The notes under the pieces are model-generated. The model worked only from the letters and a program-made list of their open reading frames with translations, did no database searches and had not been told where the DNA came from. Source: Candidatus Micrarchaeota archaeon (GTDB taxonomy: Archaea > Micrarchaeota > Micrarchaeia > Anstonellales > Bilamarchaeaceae). From it: a stretch of 18,089 bases of DNA. Below, piece after piece: positions 14,874 to 18,089 of the stretch. Every line of letters begins with the position of its first letter. Positions within the stretch are counted from its first letter, which is position 1. A program made the translations under genes and the position numbers. The stretch is taken from positions 9,341 to 27,429 of the forward strand of contig JBBITJ010000009.1 of assembly GCA_037440825.1 (NCBI GenBank). The letters run 5' to 3'.

Positions 14874-15488
14874 ATGACAAGGACATTTGAATACCAGGGC
14901 GTTTCGATAACCTGGTTCGGGCATTCGAGTTTTCTCATTGAACACGGCACGGAAGCGATTTACATAGACAATTACGCGCTTCCGGACCAGGTGGAAAGGA
15001 AGGCGACCATAATCATACATACGCACGGGCATTACGACCACTGCGCGGATCCCGCGAAGATTGCGGATAACAAAACGGTGTTTGCGGGTATGTGCAGGCA
15101 TGCGCACGACACCATAGGGGACAAATTGAAGATAGGGAGCGTTCAGCTGGAGTTCGTGGAAGCTTACAACATATCCAAGCCGTTCCACCACAGGAACGCG
15201 GGCTGCGGAGTGATAGTCACCGTCGGAGGGGTGCGCATATACCACGCCAGCGACACTGATTTCATACCTGAAATGGCAGGGTACAGGTGCGACGTCGCGC
15301 TGCTTCCTATTGGCGGCACGTTCACCATGAACGAAAAGGAGGCAGCTGACGCTGTGAAGGCGATAAACCCGAAAGTCGTCATACCTATGCACTATGATTA
15401 CATACCGCAGACCAAAGCCGATCCGGTTTATTTCAAGAAGCTCGTAGAGGGCAATTTCAACAACGCGAAGGTCGTCATTTTGCACTAG
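14874..15488 (+). CDS. Metallo-beta-lactamase-fold hydrolase (UPF0173-like)
   Basis: Motifs WFGHSSF, THGHYDH, YHASDT, LLPIGG.FTM and IPMHY. TATA-like element at 14844-14855 before the ATG at 14874. Confidence 0.92.
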   Translation: MTRTFEYQGVSITWFGHSSFLIEHGTEAIYIDNYALPDQVERKATIIIHTHGHYDHCADPAKIADNKTVFAGMCRHAHDTIGDKLKIGSVQLEFVEAYNISKPFHHRNAGCGVIVTVGGVRIYHASDTDFIPEMAGYRCDVALLPIGGTFTMNEKEAADAVKAINPKVVIPMHYDYIPQTKADPVYFKKLVEGNFNNAKVVILH

Positions 15489-15648
15489 TTTTAGAGGGGT
15501 CAAAAAGCGCGAAAGGAACGCTAGCGAGGCAGATAGTGGATTTGCCGATTTTGTGCGTGCACGCTTTAGAGTCACGCGCACTCGGTTTGGGTATGTAAAA
15601 AGGGGGTTCCTGGAAGGGGCAAGAAAGTTCGTACAGTATATGCCCCTT

Positions 15649-16365
15649 CTAAAAGGACTTGGACCTGTAGAGGTTTATCATCACGAGATAGGAGATAGGG
15701 TAGAGCGTGATCAGAGGTATCAGCGGAATCACGGACAGGAGTATCGAAATCGTGTAGAGCGCATATGCGCCGAGCACCCTCAACGGGTTCTTCGCCACGA
15801 ACATCATGCCCCCGGTGACTGCCGGAATGGCGCCGAGGCCTTTCACCGCCGCAGCGATGTCCGCGAACGAGAACAGGAATTTCACGGTGAACGTGACGAG
15901 GAACATAAGCGCGATTACTGCTATGCCTGCTTGGGAGAACGGATCGAGCTTCAGGAACACGAATGCGAGAATCATGGGCAGGTTGAACAGGAGGATGAAA
16001 AAGTTCTTTATCGCGAATATCGCGAAGAAGCGGGGACCGTGCTTGACCGCGAACCTGAGGAAATCGTGCATGTGCACAGGCCCGATCTCGGCGTCCATGA
16101 GCGACTTTATCATCGCGCCCTTGTAGGCAGCCCACAGGTAGGCGAACAGGAAGAGCGAGCCGAGGGCGACAGCCGCAGTTGCAGGGACGCCATATGCGCC
16201 CATAAGCCCGAATGTCGTGAGGGTGAGAATCGCGAGGAATATTATCGAAAGGCTTGCGAAAAGGCTTATCGCTGCCGCGAAAATCCGTATGAGGATCGCG
16301 TATATGAACGGCGTGGGCTTTGCTGCGTATTTCTTCGCTGCGCTTGCTGCGATGTCGAAAAACAT
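15649..16365 (-). CDS. Hypothetical polytopic membrane protein
   Basis: 238 aa with 5-6 hydrophobic helices. TATA-like element on the minus strand near 16399-16406. Confidence 0.8.
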   Translation of the reverse strand: MFFDIAASAAKKYAAKPTPFIYAILIRIFAAAISLFASLSIIFLAILTLTTFGLMGAYGVPATAAVALGSLFLFAYLWAAYKGAMIKSLMDAEIGPVHMHDFLRFAVKHGPRFFAIFAIKNFFILLFNLPMILAFVFLKLDPFSQAGIAVIALMFLVTFTVKFLFSFADIAAAVKGLGAIPAVTGGMMFVAKNPLRVLGAYALYTISILLSVIPLIPLITLYPISYLVMINLYRSKSF

Positions 16366-16464
16366 TGGATCACTGGCGCCCTAATATCTGCGAAAACCCT
16401 TAAAAAGCCTGCTAGGGACAATCGTTTAAAATTCTAACATAGTATTCTTTCCAAGGTGGTTTCT

Positions 16465-17208
16465 GTGAAGATTGTTGTTGCTGACGCTCCGAGCCTGAAG
16501 TTTTCCGTTGACGCTATCGCAAGCCTCGTGGAGGAAGGCGTTTTCGAGATAGGGAAGGACGGGATCCGCCTCAAGGCCATGGACCCGTCGCAGATTTCCA
16601 TGATTTCGTTCACCATGCCCAAAGAGAGCTTCCTCGAATATCACGTGGAGGAAGAGAAAAAGATAGGGCTGGACATAGAGCAGCTCTCCAGCGTGCTCGC
16701 GCGCGGCAGCAAGGGCGAGAAGGCCGAGCTGGGCGCCGAGGAAGGGAGGTTCATTGTGAGGTTCGTAGGAGAGAAGAAGAGGAGGACGTTCAAGATACCG
16801 ATCCTGGATATAGGCGAAGGGATGCAGAAGGAGCCGAAGATAGAGTTCAAGAATTTCGTGAAGATAAATGCCGACGCGTTCAAGGAGGTGCTCAAGGACG
16901 CCAAACTCGTGAGCTCGCACATACGGCTCTCCCTGGGCGCGAACGAATTCGTGGCGGAAGTGAAGGGCGACAGCGGCGACGTGCGCGCGGAGTTCGAGAA
17001 AGACGGCGCCGAAATAGCGGAAATGAAGACCGCTGGCGAGGCGAAGGCGACTTTCCCGCTCCAGTACCTGGAGGACATAACGAGGGCGAGCCCGGGGAAC
17101 GAAGTGATAACGCTTTTCATAGAGACGGACAGGCCGCTCAAGATAGAATACAAAATACTCGGCGCGGAAGTGCGCTATTACCTCGCACCCAGGATAGAGA
17201 GCGAATGA
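16465..17208 (+). CDS. pcn: Proliferating cell nuclear antigen (sliding clamp)
   Basis: Motifs GI.LKAMDPSQISM, KIGLDI, F.L.YL.DI, D.PLKI.Y and YYLAPRIE. The GTG at 16465 follows the SD-like AGGTGG; alternative GTG at 16456. Confidence 0.97.
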   Translation: MKIVVADAPSLKFSVDAIASLVEEGVFEIGKDGIRLKAMDPSQISMISFTMPKESFLEYHVEEEKKIGLDIEQLSSVLARGSKGEKAELGAEEGRFIVRFVGEKKRRTFKIPILDIGEGMQKEPKIEFKNFVKINADAFKEVLKDAKLVSSHIRLSLGANEFVAEVKGDSGDVRAEFEKDGAEIAEMKTAGEAKATFPLQYLEDITRASPGNEVITLFIETDRPLKIEYKILGAEVRYYLAPRIESE

Positions 17209-17223
17209 GCGCAAGGCTGCGGG

Positions 17224-17382
17224 ATGAACGCATTCGAACGCATCGCGCACTGGCTTCTCGCTGGCTCGAAGGAGGGCAGGAACAGGGCCCGCATACTTGT
17301 CACGCTCAACCGCAGCCCCATGAACTCGAACAGGAAGGCGATGATGCCGCTCATAAAGAAGGTGATCGGGGATGAAAGCTAA
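17224..17382 (+). pseudogene. Truncated ArsR-like winged-helix regulator lacking the HTH core
   Basis: Translated by hand: MNAFERIAHWLLAGSKEGRNRARILVTLNRSPMNSNRKAMMPLIKKVIGDES (52 aa). The first 36 aa resemble the recalled archaeal W.L.AG..GG.NRARI...L...P.N.N family. The expected QLA..L..DY.T..HHL helix-turn-helix is absent. Confidence 0.6.
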
Positions 17383-17836
17383 AGGCAAAGTCGGAGAAAA
17401 CGGCAGCGGCATGAAAGCGCTGCTCGGAAGCATAGGCGTATTGGCAGCCGGGCTGGCGGTGATTTTCGCAGCGACAATGCTCATCCCCCAGGGCCTGCTC
17501 GCGCAGTACGAAGTGCGGTTGGCGATAGATTTCCTCTCGCTGGTGGACATCGCGCTCGTGCTCTTCCTCCTCTATACATACATAAAATCGTACATAGAGG
17601 TGAAATCCAAGTTCACTTTCGGGCTGCTGCTTTTCGTGACCGCGATAATGCTATTCGTCATGACGACGAGCAGGATTGTGCTCGGGCTCCTGGACCCGGC
17701 GCAGTTCGGGTTCGGCATGACTGTATGCACAGACGCAGGAACCCCGCCCGTTGCTGGCGTGCAGGCTTTGGACATAGTGCCGCTCTTGTTCTCCGCCATC
17801 GCGCTCTCCATCCTCGCCTACCTGAGCAACGAGTAG
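17372..17836 (+). CDS. Small 4-TM membrane protein, typical partner of the archaeal ArsR-like regulator
   Basis: Motif YIKSYIEVKSKFTFGLLLF. SD-like AGGTGA upstream, and the start overlaps the preceding ORF. Confidence 0.75.
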   Translation: MKAKGKVGENGSGMKALLGSIGVLAAGLAVIFAATMLIPQGLLAQYEVRLAIDFLSLVDIALVLFLLYTYIKSYIEVKSKFTFGLLLFVTAIMLFVMTTSRIVLGLLDPAQFGFGMTVCTDAGTPPVAGVQALDIVPLLFSAIALSILAYLSNE

Positions 17837-17960
17837 GCATGTTGCTGCTGATTCGCGCCGGACTGGGGCGCGAATGGGGGCAGATTTGGGAATGAATGCG
17901 GCAAATCCTTTAAAAAGCGGACCGGCACGCTAGACTCACTTCAAAAAAAGAGGTGAGAAA

Positions 17961-18089
17961 ATGAACGAGACAGTATTTGCTGTGCTCGCGCTCGTTTTCG
18001 GAGGGGTTGCGTACGCTCACCCCGGCCACGGAGGGCACATGTGGATGGGCCACATGCCGCCCCGCCCTTTGGAGTGGAGGGAAAACATG
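17961..18089 (+). CDS. Secreted His/Met-rich protein, 5' part only
   Basis: MNETVFAVLALVFGGVAYAHPGHGGHMWMGHMPPRPLEWRENM... SD GAGGTGA at 17950-17956, TATA-like TTTAAAAA near 17908-17915, and a signal peptide ending in AYA. Confidence 0.75.
   Translation, partial: MNETVFAVLALVFGGVAYAHPGHGGHMWMGHMPPRPLEWRENM

Noticed and set aside
10961..17208. fen and pcn proximity as a novel replication cluster
   Set aside because: They are ordinary core genes on opposite strands separated by unrelated genes, and the PIP-box interaction is well known.
925..17550. Long antisense or alternative-frame ORFs (925-2007, 5374-6579, 15553-16437, 16426-17550 and others)
   Set aside because: They are shadows of better-supported genes in GC-rich sequence and carry no recognisable motifs.

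Overview
Archaeal, moderately GC-rich, gene-dense core-genome window. The gene set and compact style suggest a DPANN lineage, possibly Micrarchaeota (inference). Protein genes, in order: partial LemA, GIDE-like remnant, orphan helical protein, stand-alone asparagine-synthase-like domain, VirB11/TadA-like ATPase head-to-head with a double T2SSF (TadB/C-like) protein, PAP2 phosphatase, dolichol/phytol-type kinase, DtdA, ThiF/MoeB E1-like enzyme, PHP hydrolase, FEN-1, aMBF1, site-2 protease, TauE, MBL hydrolase, a membrane protein, PCNA, a truncated ArsR-like ORF with its membrane partner, and the start of a His/Met-rich secreted protein. Three RNA genes are not in the ORF track: tRNA-Arg(CCT) with a 92-nt BHB intron, tRNA-Met(CAT) with a 76-nt BHB intron, and a compact 232-nt RNase P RNA. 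The most notable signals are non-coding. (1) The tRNA-Met intron appears to carry its own K-turn and an antisense guide that, by the N+5 rule, targets C34 of the same tRNA in a fold that excludes splicing. (2) Degenerate 7-bp tandem arrays (NGTTYYN/NRRAACN) occur at eight loci and bracket the RNase P and tRNA-Met genes in inverted, G-U-compatible orientation.
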